Below, piece after piece: positions 50,054-59,465 of a DNA stretch of 64,000 nucleotides. Position numbers and translations under genes: made by a program. How positions within the stretch are numbered: position 1 is the stretch's first letter; each line of letters begins with the position of its first letter. Location: assembly GCA_965213685.1 (NCBI GenBank), contig CBDBZY010000045.1, positions 1 through 64,000 on the forward strand. Reading direction: 5' to 3'. This DNA is from a bacterium (GTDB lineage: Bacteria; UBA8248). The notes beneath the pieces were generated by a model. The model was not told the origin of the DNA. It did not search any database and saw only the letters and a list, made by a program, of their open reading frames with translations.

Positions 50054-50854
50054 TCACCCCTCCCCGGGCGCCCAGGCGGGCGGGCGCCCCTCGCGCGCCG
50101 CAGCCATGCCCTCCTGCGGCTCGCCGGTTCGGTAGGAAGCCTCGAAGGCGTCGATGGAGGGCGGAACGGCCGCCTCCAGATAGCCTTGCGTCCACCGCCA
50201 CAGCAGCTTCTTCTGGGCGCGCAGCGCCTCCGGGGCAGCCCGGAGAAGCTGCGCGGCGACTTGCTCCGTCGTCTCCTGCAGAGCCTCGGACGGACATATC
50301 CGCTGGACGAGTCCTGCGCGATGCGCCTCCGGTGCGCCGAACGTCCTGCCGGTGAGCAGCAAGTCCTGCGCTGTGCCGAGACCGCAAAAAGGCAGAAACA
50401 GCGCCGCCTCGATGACGGAGGGCACGCCCACCCGCACCTCAGGCATCCCGAAGCGCGCGTCGTTCGCCGCGATGCGCAAATCGCTCCCCAGCGCCAGCTC
50501 CAGCGCACCGCCGAGGACGTGGCCGTGGCATTTGCAGACCACGGGGAACGGAAATTCGCGGAGGCGGCGGATGAGGCCATGGACGTTCGAGATGAAGCCC
50601 CGCGCGGTTTTCTGCGTGAGCGCGCCCATTTCGGCCACGTCGGCCCCGGCGGAGAAGGCGGTCCCCGCCCCCTCGAGGATCAGGACGCGCAGGGAGTCCT
50701 CTCCCTCCATCGCCGCCATCGCCGCCATCGCCTGACGGATCATCGCCGCGTTGATGGCGTTTCTCTTCTCGGGACGGTTCAGCGTGAGGGTGGCGATCGG
50801 ACCCTCCCGCTTCAAGAGAACCAGGGGGTTTGTGGCTGTTGTCGTTGGCGGCAT
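50054..50854 (-). CDS. Enoyl-CoA hydratase/isomerase family protein
   Basis: LNRPEKRNA, FSAGAD, GGALEL, FGMPE. Confidence 0.9.
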   Translation of the reverse strand: MPPTTTATNPLVLLKREGPIATLTLNRPEKRNAINAAMIRQAMAAMAAMEGEDSLRVLILEGAGTAFSAGADVAEMGALTQKTARGFISNVHGLIRRLREFPFPVVCKCHGHVLGGALELALGSDLRIAANDARFGMPEVRVGVPSVIEAALFLPFCGLGTAQDLLLTGRTFGAPEAHRAGLVQRICPSEALQETTEQVAAQLLRAAPEALRAQKKLLWRWTQGYLEAAVPPSIDAFEASYRTGEPQEGMAAAREGRPPAWAPGEG

Positions 50855-51196
50855 TTTTTTGCGACATCCTCCCCGAAAGCCGGTCCGACGCGCGATGCGG
50901 GCCTGGAGGGAACGATAAGGGTAAGGGGGGCATGACCCCGCGCGCCCGCATGATGGATATGATACGTTTTTGCGTCCGGAAAAACGAGGCGGACGCCGCT
51001 TCAGGGAAGGGGAGGCGTCCATCCGCAGAGAGGGCGCGCGCGCGCCCATCGCCCGAAGTCCGGGGGGTTCGCCGCCGTCTTTTCGCGGGAATCTTGACGC
51101 TCCGGGTCCGAAGTGCTAGCAATTTTCCACCGTCCGCCTCGCCGCTTCCCGCGCGAAAACGAACGGAACGAATCTCTCCTGGACCGGAGGTGGCGC

Positions 51197-52417
51197 TTGG
51201 CCCGCCTGCTCGAAAACGATTCCCTGACGCTACTGAAACAAGGCGGCGTTCCCGTGCCGGACTTCGAGGTTTGCGCCAGTGCGGACGAGGCGGCCCGCGC
51301 CCTCGCGCGCCTGGGCGGGCGCGTCGTCATCAAGGCGCTCGTGCCGGTCGGGAAGCGGGGCAGGGCGGGCGCGGTGAAGTTCGCCGCCTCGGCGGATGCG
51401 GCCCGCGCGCGCGCCGGCGCCATTCTGGGGATGGAGGTGCGGCGCTTCCCCGTGCGCCGTCTCATCGTGATGGAGGCGCTCGACATCCGGCGCGAGATAT
51501 TCTGCTCCATCTCCTTCGACGCGGGGAGGAAATGCCCGCTCATCCTCTTCAGCGCCGAGGGGGGCGTGGACGTCGAGGAGCTGGCCGAGAAGCAGCCTGA
51601 CAAGCTTCTGGAATGGCCCGTGAACATCATGGAGGGGCTGGACGCCGGGGACGCCGTCCGTCTGGCGCAGAGCGCAGGACTCCCGGACGACCTCGCCGAA
51701 CGGGTCGGGCGCGCCGTTCTGGCGATGTATCAGGTGTTCTGCGCCCGCGACTGCGAGATGGTGGAGGTGAACCCGCTGGCGGAGCTGGCCGATGGCCGCG
51801 TGGTGGCGGCGGCGGGCGTGGCGCAGATTGACGAGCAGGCGCTTTTTCGTCATCCGGACCTGGCGGCCATGCTGGGTGAGGAGGGGGGAAACGGCTGGCG
51901 ACCGCTGACCCCGCTCGAGCGGCGGATGCGCGCCATCGACGCCATCGACCCCCACGTGGGCGCCATTCGCTTCAGCGAGCTCGACGGCGACATCGGCTTC
52001 ATGGTCACCGGCGGCGGCTATGGCCTCTCCAGCCTGGAGGCTCTCCTGGACCTCGGAGGAAGACCGGCCACCACGTTCGACATCACGCCCGGCCGCTATG
52101 AGGAGAAGATGTGCGAGGCGGTCAAGGCGGTGCTCTCCAAGCCCGGCATCCGGGGGCTCGTGCTGGCGGGGAACGTGAGCAACTTCACGCGGGTGGACGT
52201 CAAGGTGGCGGGAGTGGTTCGCGCCCTCCGGGAGGCGGGGCTGGATTACAACAAGTTTCCCGTCGTCGTCCGCTACGCCGGCCCGGGGGCCGAGGAGGCG
52301 CGGCGGCTCATCGCCCAGGTTCCGGGCGTGGAATGGCACGAGGAGGAGGCGTCGATAGAGGACGTCGCCTGTCGCATCGTGGCGCGCGCGTACGGGAGGA
52401 GGGGGGCCGCGAATTGA
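51197..52417 (+). CDS. Succinyl-CoA/citryl-CoA synthetase beta-like ATP-grasp subunit
   Basis: GKRGRAGAVK, SAEGGVDVEE, VEVNPL, ALFRHP, GNVSNFTRVD; GGAGG RBS, TTG start. Confidence 0.85.
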   Translation: MARLLENDSLTLLKQGGVPVPDFEVCASADEAARALARLGGRVVIKALVPVGKRGRAGAVKFAASADAARARAGAILGMEVRRFPVRRLIVMEALDIRREIFCSISFDAGRKCPLILFSAEGGVDVEELAEKQPDKLLEWPVNIMEGLDAGDAVRLAQSAGLPDDLAERVGRAVLAMYQVFCARDCEMVEVNPLAELADGRVVAAAGVAQIDEQALFRHPDLAAMLGEEGGNGWRPLTPLERRMRAIDAIDPHVGAIRFSELDGDIGFMVTGGGYGLSSLEALLDLGGRPATTFDITPGRYEEKMCEAVKAVLSKPGIRGLVLAGNVSNFTRVDVKVAGVVRALREAGLDYNKFPVVVRYAGPGAEEARRLIAQVPGVEWHEEEASIEDVACRIVARAYGRRGAAN

Positions 52418-53349
52418 GCATTTTGCTGGACTCGGCGACGCGGGTGCTCGTGCAGGGGGTGACGGGGGCGGAAGCGCGGAGGCTACTGCCCACCATGACC
52501 TCCTATGGCACCCGCGTGGTGGCGGGCGTGTCTCCCGGCAAGGGGGGAGAGGCGGTGGACGGCGTGCCGGTGTATGACGCGGTGGAGGACGCGGTGCGCG
52601 CCCACGAGGCGGACCTCTCCGTGCTGTTCGTGCCGGCGCGCTTCGTGCGCGACGCCGCCCTGGAGGCGATAGAGGCGGGCGTGCCCACCATCCACATTCT
52701 GGCGGAGGGCGTGCCCCACCATGACGCTTGCGCACTGCTGGCGCGCGCGGCGGAGAGGGGCACCTTCGTCATCGGCCCCAACAGCCAGGGCATGGTGAGT
52801 CCGGGGAAGGCGAAGGTCGGCGGCACGGGGGGCGAGGTGCCGGACCTCATGTTCCGCCCGGGACCTGTGGGCGTGGTGAGCAGAAGCGGGGGGATGGGCG
52901 CCGAGATTTGCCTGTTTCTGACGCGCGCGGGCATCGGCCAGAGCACCTATGTGGCCCTGGGCGGCGACCTGCTCATCGGCGCCTCTTTTGTCGAAATGCT
53001 CGCCTTGTTCGAGAACGACCCCGAGACCCGGGCCGTTGTCCTGTTCGGAGAACCCGGCACGGACAGGGAGGAGGCGGCGGCCCGCTTCATCGCCTCGGGC
53101 GGGTTCACCAAGCCTGCCGTGGCCATGATACCCGGCGAGTTTTGGGAGACGTCCCCCACGCCGGCGAGCGTGAGCCATACCGGCGCGCTCATCGAGCGGG
53201 GCCGGGGCGCGCCCTCCCGGAAGAAGAAGATGCTGCGGGAGGCCGGCGTCTCGGTGGCCGAGAAATTCTCCGACATCGTGCCCCTGGTCGAACGGGCGCT
53301 GCGGGAAGCGCCGGGCAAAGCGGCCGAACCGGACCCTGCGCCGATTTGA
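52414..53349 (+). CDS. Succinyl-CoA/citryl-CoA synthetase alpha-like subunit
   Basis: VQGVTG, GVSPGKGG, IGPNSQG, VSRSGG, phospho-His motif SHTGA. Confidence 0.88.
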   Translation: MSILLDSATRVLVQGVTGAEARRLLPTMTSYGTRVVAGVSPGKGGEAVDGVPVYDAVEDAVRAHEADLSVLFVPARFVRDAALEAIEAGVPTIHILAEGVPHHDACALLARAAERGTFVIGPNSQGMVSPGKAKVGGTGGEVPDLMFRPGPVGVVSRSGGMGAEICLFLTRAGIGQSTYVALGGDLLIGASFVEMLALFENDPETRAVVLFGEPGTDREEAAARFIASGGFTKPAVAMIPGEFWETSPTPASVSHTGALIERGRGAPSRKKKMLREAGVSVAEKFSDIVPLVERALREAPGKAAEPDPAPI

Positions 53350-53529
53350 CCCCTTGTCGGACGCAAGCGCCGCCGCCGGAAGGGAGGGGATTTATTTGCG
53401 CGCGCGCTCCCGCCGACCTCGCCGGCCCTCCCCGGGCGCGCCTCCCCACGCCGTTTCCGCCTCCCTTGGGGGGATGGCGCGCGGGGCGCATCGCCCGCCC
53501 TGCAGGGCCAGTCCCCGGAATTTTTGGGA

Positions 53530-53558
53530 TTGCCCCGGATATCCCGAAACGATATAAT
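53530..53558 (+). promoter_or_regulatory. Sigma70 promoter of peptide cassette 1
   Basis: TTGCCC-17 nt-TATAAT. Confidence 0.65.
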
Positions 53559-53650
53559 CGGGTTGGTTGCGGGGACGTTGCGTCCGGTTCTTGGCGCGCC
53601 GCACAACGAGGGAATTCACATCTCGTCGTAGCAAACCGGAGGGTGCGAGA

Positions 53651-53818
53651 ATGAATGAATCGGCTGAGAAAGACAAAGTGGTTGCGAAGGAGACCGAAGA
53701 GAAGGATCGGGAGTTGAGCGACAAGGAGGTGGATGAGGCCAAGGTGTCGGGAGGAACGGACAGCTCGATAGCGGATACGGGAAGAGCCCAGGGCCAGAGG
53801 TGGGGTCACAGGATATAG
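53651..53818 (+). CDS. Double-glycine-leader peptide 1 (putative RiPP/bacteriocin precursor, 55 aa)
   Basis: MNESAEKDKVVAKETEEKDRELSDKEVDEAKVSGG|TDSSIADTGRAQGQRWGHRI; GGAGG RBS. Confidence 0.78.
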   Translation: MNESAEKDKVVAKETEEKDRELSDKEVDEAKVSGGTDSSIADTGRAQGQRWGHRI

Positions 53819-54021
53819 CCCGGGGGGAGTGCATCGCCCCGGGAGGGCAGGGCGGACGTTGGACGCACGGGTCGGCGTCTTCATATCATGGTGCCCCCTC
53901 CGTTCGCGTCCAGATGATCGGGCTGGTTGTCGCGGTGATGTGTGCCTGGTTCGTAGGCGCACCGCACACAGGCGGGGAAATGTGAATCCACAGTCGTTGC
54001 AATAAACCGGAGGATGCGAGG

Positions 54022-54201
54022 ATGAATGAATCGGCTGCGAAGGAGACCGAAGGGAAGGATCGGGAGTTGAGCGACGAGGAGATGGAGGAGGCCCAGGTGT
54101 CGGGAGGAACGGGCGACTCGGCGTCGGAGGGAAAACTCCCGGATGAGGATGCGAACAAATTCAATCAGCAGCACTACCTCAACAGGGTCCCTCGGCCGTA
54201 G
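54022..54201 (+). CDS. Double-glycine-leader peptide 2 (59 aa; absent from the ORF track)
   Basis: MNESAAKETEGKDRELSDEEMEEAQVSGG|TGDSASEGKLPDEDANKFNQQHYLNRVPRP; GGAGG RBS. Confidence 0.78.
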   Translation: MNESAAKETEGKDRELSDEEMEEAQVSGGTGDSASEGKLPDEDANKFNQQHYLNRVPRP

Positions 54202-54404
54202 CCCTGGGGGGGGGGGGAGCACCGCTCCTCGGGACGGGCCCTGGCGGGTATTGTGAGGGATCGCCCTGTAGCCCTCCCGAAACGCGCGATATAGCGATAC
54301 GGAGAGGCTGGTTGCGGGGACGCGCGGAGTCCGCTTCGTGTTGTGCCGCGCACAGCACGGGGAAATGAATCCGGAGTCGTCGCGGCAAACCGGAGGATGC
54401 GGGA

Positions 54405-54587
54405 ATGAATGAATCGGCTACGAAGGAGACCGGGGGGAAGGATCGGGAGTTGAGCGACGAGGAGATGGATGAGGCCCAGGTGTCGGGAGGAACGGGCAAC
54501 TCGGCGTCGGAGGGAAAACTCTCGGCGGAGGAGGCGGAAAGACTCCGGAACCATGGCTGGCGCAACGAGGTTTGGGGGACGGAATGA
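54405..54587 (+). CDS. Double-glycine-leader peptide 3 (60 aa)
   Basis: MNESATKETGGKDRELSDEEMDEAQVSGG|TGNSASEGKLSAEEAERLRNHGWRNEVWGTE; GGAGG RBS. Confidence 0.78.
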   Translation: MNESATKETGGKDRELSDEEMDEAQVSGGTGNSASEGKLSAEEAERLRNHGWRNEVWGTE

Positions 54588-54771
54588 CGTTGCGGTAAAA
54601 TTCGCCCCGCGTATCTTCTATCTATCTCCGCGCGTCAAGTTTCGCTCGCATCCGGTGTCCCTCCCGCGCGACCCGGTTTCCCCTTCTTTCTCCTCTCCGG
54701 CCATCGCGCCCGCGTGGGTTTGTTTCACAATCGCCCCGGCGGGGATGCCGCTCCTCAGTTCAGCATCTTCA

Positions 54772-55527
54772 TCAGATCATCGTCGCCCCGCCGTTCACGT
54801 CGAGGGTGACGCCGTTGATGTAGGCCGCTTCCTTCGAGCAAAGAAAGACGACCGCCTCGGCAATCTCCCGGGGTTCCGAAAGCCTGCCCGCCGGAGTGGA
54901 TTGTTGGATGTAGGCGATGCGCTCGGGCGTTCGGATGCCAATCGTTCTCGGCGTTCGCACGTTGGCCGGCGCCACAGCGTTGACGGTGATCCCGTGCGGC
55001 CCCAGTTCGCGCGCCGCCTGGCGGGTGAGGCCCAGCACCCCTGCCTTGGCGGCCGTGTAGTGCGGCGGGTTCGGGTTCACGCCGCTGCGCGCGGCCATGC
55101 TCGAGAGGGTGACGACGCGCCCGTACCGCGCCGCCACCATCAGGGGAGCGACGGCCTTGAGGAGGTAGAACATCGACTTCAGGTTCGAGTCCACCACGCC
55201 GTCCCAGGCTTCGACCGGGCAGTCGAGAAGGCTCACGTAGCGGGGGAATCCGCCCGCGCTGTGCACGAGGGCGTCCACCCGCCCCGCCTGCGCATGCGCT
55301 TCCCGCACGGCGGCGCTGGTCGCCTCCCAGTCGGTGAGGTCGACGACGGCGCAGCGGGCGCGGCTGCCGCTCTCGTTGATGGATTGCGCGACCGCCGCCG
55401 CACCCTCCCCGTTCACGTCCATCACGGTGACCGCCGCTCCCTCCCGCGCGAGAATTCTGGCGGTGGCCTCCCCGATGCCCGTCGCAGCGCCCGTGACGAT
55501 GGCGCTTTGCCCCTCAAAGCCGCTCAT
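54772..55527 (-). CDS. SDR-family oxidoreductase (FabG-like)
   Basis: TGAATGIG, YTAAK, VNAVAP, INGVTLDVNGG. Confidence 0.93.
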   Translation of the reverse strand: MSGFEGQSAIVTGAATGIGEATARILAREGAAVTVMDVNGEGAAAVAQSINESGSRARCAVVDLTDWEATSAAVREAHAQAGRVDALVHSAGGFPRYVSLLDCPVEAWDGVVDSNLKSMFYLLKAVAPLMVAARYGRVVTLSSMAARSGVNPNPPHYTAAKAGVLGLTRQAARELGPHGITVNAVAPANVRTPRTIGIRTPERIAYIQQSTPAGRLSEPREIAEAVVFLCSKEAAYINGVTLDVNGGATMI

Positions 55528-55610
55528 GCGCGCCTCCTATTGCGGAAAGGCTGCGCGCGCGCGCGACGACCCCGGCAGGGGACCGCCGCCGCGCCCGCGC
55601 GCGTCGGATT

Positions 55611-56624
55611 CTATCCCTCCTGCATCTTCAGGATGCGGTTGATGAGGTCGATGCCGCCCACCTGGTCGGCGAATTTCCGGTGAACGGGCTTCACCGCCGC
55701 GCGGAAGGGCTTGAGGTCGGGCGTCGCGATTTTGAGGCCTTTTTCGGCGAACCCCTTCATGATGTCCTTCTCGTTCTCCTCCGCATAGGCGTTCGCCCAG
55801 GCTATCGTGTCCCGGGCGGCGGAGAGGACTGCCTTTTGCATGCCCTTGGGCAGCTTGGCGTAGTATTTGTCGTTGATGATGAGCGCACCCGCCACGAGCT
55901 GGTGCCGCGTGATGGAGAGGTATTTCTGCACTTCGTAGAGTTTCATCGCCCACGCCCAGCTCGAGCCGCCGTCGTGGCCGTCCACCGTCCTGGTGCTCAG
56001 CGCGCTGAACAGCTCGGTCGGCGCCATGCCGATGGTGCTGCCGCCCAGGGACTTGTATGTCTGGACCATGATGGGGTTTTTGGCGATCCGCATCCGCAGG
56101 TCCCCCAGGTCGGCGGGCTTCGTGATGGGGTGCTTGCTGTTCATCATGTTGCGGAAGCCCGTGGCGACGAAGCCGAGGATGCGGATGCCCGATTTCTTGC
56201 GAAAGTTCTCGGCGATGCTCCGGCCGATGTCGCTGTCGAACACCTTGACGGCGCCTTTGAAGCTGCCGAACATGAAGGGCAGGGTGAAGATGTCCAGCCG
56301 TCTGTCGAAGGCCGTGATGTTGTTCGAGGCCACCAGCTGCATCTGCACCGATCCGAGCTGCACCTTCTTCGCGGCGACGCGGTCCTTGCCGAGCTGGGAG
56401 GAGGGGAATATCTGGATGTCGATCTCCCCCTTGGAGTAGACCTGCAGGTTCTTGCGCATGGTCAGGGCCGAGGCCTGGTAGAGGAGCTCCGGCTTGGGCG
56501 GGTTGTTGTGGGCGAACTTCATGACGTATTTGGCGGCCTCGGCCCGGGGAGCCGCGAGGCTGATCAGACCGGCGGCGAGGATGATGCCCGCCAGTGCCCG
56601 GAAACGCCTTTTCCAGTGTCGCAT
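55611..56624 (-). CDS. dctP: TRAP transporter substrate-binding protein DctP
   Basis: signal peptide, IFPSSQLG, LPFMF, GFRNM, PADLGDLRMR. Confidence 0.9.
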   Translation of the reverse strand: MRHWKRRFRALAGIILAAGLISLAAPRAEAAKYVMKFAHNNPPKPELLYQASALTMRKNLQVYSKGEIDIQIFPSSQLGKDRVAAKKVQLGSVQMQLVASNNITAFDRRLDIFTLPFMFGSFKGAVKVFDSDIGRSIAENFRKKSGIRILGFVATGFRNMMNSKHPITKPADLGDLRMRIAKNPIMVQTYKSLGGSTIGMAPTELFSALSTRTVDGHDGGSSWAWAMKLYEVQKYLSITRHQLVAGALIINDKYYAKLPKGMQKAVLSAARDTIAWANAYAEENEKDIMKGFAEKGLKIATPDLKPFRAAVKPVHRKFADQVGGIDLINRILKMQEG

Positions 56625-56662
56625 GGGTTGCCTCCTTCTCCGTATAGAGGGTTTTTTGTCCC

Positions 56663-57949
56663 TCACCTGCCGAGTATCAGGTTCGGCAGCACGAGGGAGA
56701 TGCTGGGGAAATACGCCAGAATGAGAATGCACAGGAACATCGTCAGGATGAAGGGCAGGACGGCCTTCGCGATGGCCCCGAGCGTGGTGTCCGCGATGCC
56801 CATCGCCACGAACAGGCTGGTGCCCAGGGGCGGCGTCAGGTATCCGATCTCGCAGTTCACCACGAACACGATCCCGAAGTGGATGGGGTCGATGCCCACC
56901 GCCTTGATGACGGGCAGGAACATCGGCGTGAGGATGATCACCTGCGCCATGGTGTTGAGCCACATGCCCACGAAGGTGAGGAAGAGGCTGATGAGGATGA
57001 GAATGAGGAAGGGGGAGGTCGTAACCCCCTGGATGAACGCGGTCACCAGCTGGGGAATCTGGTGAATGGTGATGAGCTCGCCAAAGGCGAGCGAGGCGCC
57101 CCAGATGATGGCGATGGTCCCGGTGACGAGGGCTGCGATTTCCAGGCATTCGCGCGTCTTGCGCCACGTGAGCTCCCGATAGACGAACATGCCCACCGCC
57201 CAGCCGTATAAGACGGCGATGACGGCGCTCTCCGTCGGCGTGACGAAGCCGCCGTAGATGCCGCCGATGATGACGCCGGGGGCCAGGAGCGCCCAGCGCG
57301 CCGCCCAGATGGTGCGCAGCGTCCGGGAGACGGAGAAGGGCTCCGCGTCGGACTCCACGGTCATGAAGCGCGCCATGATGGAGGCGCAGCCCATCAGCAT
57401 GAGCCCGAGCATGACGCCGGGCAGAAAGCCCGCGATGAACAGGCGGGTGACCGACTGATCGGCGCTGACGCCATAGACGATGAGGGTGATGCTCGGGGGG
57501 ATGAGGATGCCGAGCGTCCCGCCGCAGGCGGAGACGGCGCCCGAGTAGTTCTTGTCGTATTGGCGGCGGAGCATGGTGGGGATCATGAGTCCGCCGACGG
57601 CGGCCGTCGTGGCGGGGCCCGAACCCGAAATCGCCGAGAAGAGCATGCACGCCAGGATGGTGACGTGGGCGAGGCCGCCCTGGACGTTGCCCACGAAGCA
57701 GTCGGCCACCGAGATCAGCCTTTTGCTGATGCCCCCCTTCTCCATCAGCGCGCCGGCGAGCAGGAACATGGGCACGGCGATGAAGGGGAACTTGTCCAGC
57801 CCGTCGTAATAGGAGAGCGCCAGGCTCTCGAAGCGCTCCCCGGTCGCGAAATACACGAGGATGGAGGAGACCCCCAGGGCGACGCCCACGGGCACGCGGA
57901 TGAAGAGGAACAGCGCCAGGGAGCCGAGCAGCAGCAGGGGCATGTTCAT
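56663..57949 (-). CDS. dctM: TRAP transporter large permease DctM
   Basis: AVPMFLLAG, ISGSGPAT, ILIPPS, TPTES, GIDPIHFG, TPPLG. Confidence 0.95.
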   Translation of the reverse strand: MNMPLLLLGSLALFLFIRVPVGVALGVSSILVYFATGERFESLALSYYDGLDKFPFIAVPMFLLAGALMEKGGISKRLISVADCFVGNVQGGLAHVTILACMLFSAISGSGPATTAAVGGLMIPTMLRRQYDKNYSGAVSACGGTLGILIPPSITLIVYGVSADQSVTRLFIAGFLPGVMLGLMLMGCASIMARFMTVESDAEPFSVSRTLRTIWAARWALLAPGVIIGGIYGGFVTPTESAVIAVLYGWAVGMFVYRELTWRKTRECLEIAALVTGTIAIIWGASLAFGELITIHQIPQLVTAFIQGVTTSPFLILILISLFLTFVGMWLNTMAQVIILTPMFLPVIKAVGIDPIHFGIVFVVNCEIGYLTPPLGTSLFVAMGIADTTLGAIAKAVLPFILTMFLCILILAYFPSISLVLPNLILGR

Positions 57950-58455
57950 CGTTCTTCTTCCTGTTTTTGCACTTCGTAGAGCACCTCGGGCTCGCCCCGG
58001 ACGTAGACGCGATACATGTATTGGGCGAGACGCAGGCTCATCAGCCCGAAGCCGATGGGGATGATCGAGTGAACGGCGGCTTCGGGTATTTGCAGGATGT
58101 CCGTCTCCGACCAGACTTCAATCTCGCTACGCACGAAAAGATAGCCGAAATACGTCATCAGGATGTTGAAGGCCATCCACAGGGAGTCCGCCAGCAGGGC
58201 GATCGGGCGCGCCCAGGAGGCGGGGGCGACCATCTCGATGGCGTTGACGCGGATGTGCCTCCCCTGGAGGATGATCCAGCTGATGGTCAGGTAGATGAAC
58301 CAGATGAAGACGATGCGGGAGAACTCCTCGATCCAGCCGATAGAGGTGAAGAATATGTAGCGCGCGATGACCTGGGTCGTGAGCATCAGGGTGAGCGCAA
58401 GAAGAAGTATCCAGGAGAGGTTTCTTTCGATATTTCGCACGATGGGCTTTTCCAT
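57946..58455 (-). CDS. dctQ: TRAP transporter small permease DctQ
   Basis: four TM segments, QVIARY, WIEEFSR, HIRV. Confidence 0.9.
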   Translation of the reverse strand: MEKPIVRNIERNLSWILLLALTLMLTTQVIARYIFFTSIGWIEEFSRIVFIWFIYLTISWIILQGRHIRVNAIEMVAPASWARPIALLADSLWMAFNILMTYFGYLFVRSEIEVWSETDILQIPEAAVHSIIPIGFGLMSLRLAQYMYRVYVRGEPEVLYEVQKQEEER

Positions 58456-58510
58456 TCTGTCCGTGGAGCGAAGCCGATCTCTTCTTGTCGTCGTCTGGCG
58501 GATAGGGAGC

Positions 58511-58539
58511 AGTCTAGCTTGCCTCGCGCGGATCGTCAA
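58511..58539 (-). promoter_or_regulatory. Sigma70 promoter of the TRAP-SDR operon
   Basis: TTGACG-17 nt-TAGACT. Confidence 0.65.
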
Positions 58540-58559
58540 ACGCAAAGCGCACCCGGATG

Positions 58560-59357
58560 CTACAAGTCCCCGGTTTCGCGGGAAATCCCCCTGTGGGCGA
58601 GTTCGGCGTAGAAGCGGGCGACGACCTTCAGCAGGCGCGCGTCGAGGTATTCGAGTGTTCTCGCGCGGATGCTCTCCGGGATGCCGAAACGGGCCTCGGC
58701 GATGCTCCCGGCAATCGCCCCGAGGGTGTCCGCATCCCCGCCGAGAGAGACGGCGAGGCGGATCGCATCCTCGAAATCCTCGGCTTCCAGTGCCGCCGTG
58801 AACGCCTGGGGGCAGGTTCCCTGGCAGGATTCATCGAAGGCGTAGTCCGGACGGATTTCGTCGCAGGTGCGGGAGAGGTCATACCCGTATCGGCGGGCGA
58901 TTCCCTCCCGCAGAACCTTTGCGGACGCACCCGTGCGCGCACCCCAGATCGCCCATGCGGTCGCCTCCGCGCCCCGGATTCCCTCGGGGTGATCGTGGGT
59001 CGGCGCGGCGCTCGCCCTGGCGAACGCCACGCACTGCGCCTCGCTTTCCGCCAGCCATCCGGCGGGTGAGGCACGCATGGCGGAGCCGTTCCCGTAGCTG
59101 CCGTAGGGCTGGGGGTCCTCGCTGTGCAGCCACCGCAGGAAGAAGCCCCCGTATCCCTTGCCGGGGTATGCGCGTCCCCATTCCTGCATCTTGCACTCGA
59201 TGTCCCCGCCGTCCAGCATGGCGTCGGCGACGGCCACGGTCATCACCGTGTCGTCGGTGAAGAAGTTGTCCGGCCCGAACAGCTCGAAGTCCTTCGTCTT
59301 GATGCCTTCGAACTCATGGATGCTGCCGGCAACGTCGCCTGCTATCGCTCCCATCAT
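58560..59357 (-). CDS. ADP-ribosylglycohydrolase (DraG/ARH family), copy 1
   Basis: GAIAGD, TDDT, GNGSAMR, TH, GGDADT. Confidence 0.92.
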   Translation of the reverse strand: MMGAIAGDVAGSIHEFEGIKTKDFELFGPDNFFTDDTVMTVAVADAMLDGGDIECKMQEWGRAYPGKGYGGFFLRWLHSEDPQPYGSYGNGSAMRASPAGWLAESEAQCVAFARASAAPTHDHPEGIRGAEATAWAIWGARTGASAKVLREGIARRYGYDLSRTCDEIRPDYAFDESCQGTCPQAFTAALEAEDFEDAIRLAVSLGGDADTLGAIAGSIAEARFGIPESIRARTLEYLDARLLKVVARFYAELAHRGISRETGDL

Positions 59358-59465
59358 CCCCGGAGTCTCCTCTCTTTTTTGTCGTCTTTGGTCGTCGTCT
59401 GGCGGATCGAGGCAGTCTGGTTTGCCTCGCGCGGATCGTCAAACGCAAAGCGCGCTCGAGGCTCG

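Larger units (their letters stand above)
53540..54587 (+). repeat. Three tandem ~370-385 bp units (5' leader + RBS + peptide ORF)
   Basis: shared ggttg..aaaccggaggRtgcgRgRatgaatgaatcggct and aaggatcgggagttgagcgac..ggtgtcgggaggaacgg. Confidence 0.9.

Noticed and set aside
53600-53620. Sigma54 promoter (TGGCGCG) before peptide 1
   Set aside because: No -12 TTGC at the correct spacing, and not conserved in the other copies.
53189-54565. Minus-strand ORFs across the peptide repeats
   Set aside because: Antisense shadows; RBS, start codons and the conserved motif are all on the + strand.
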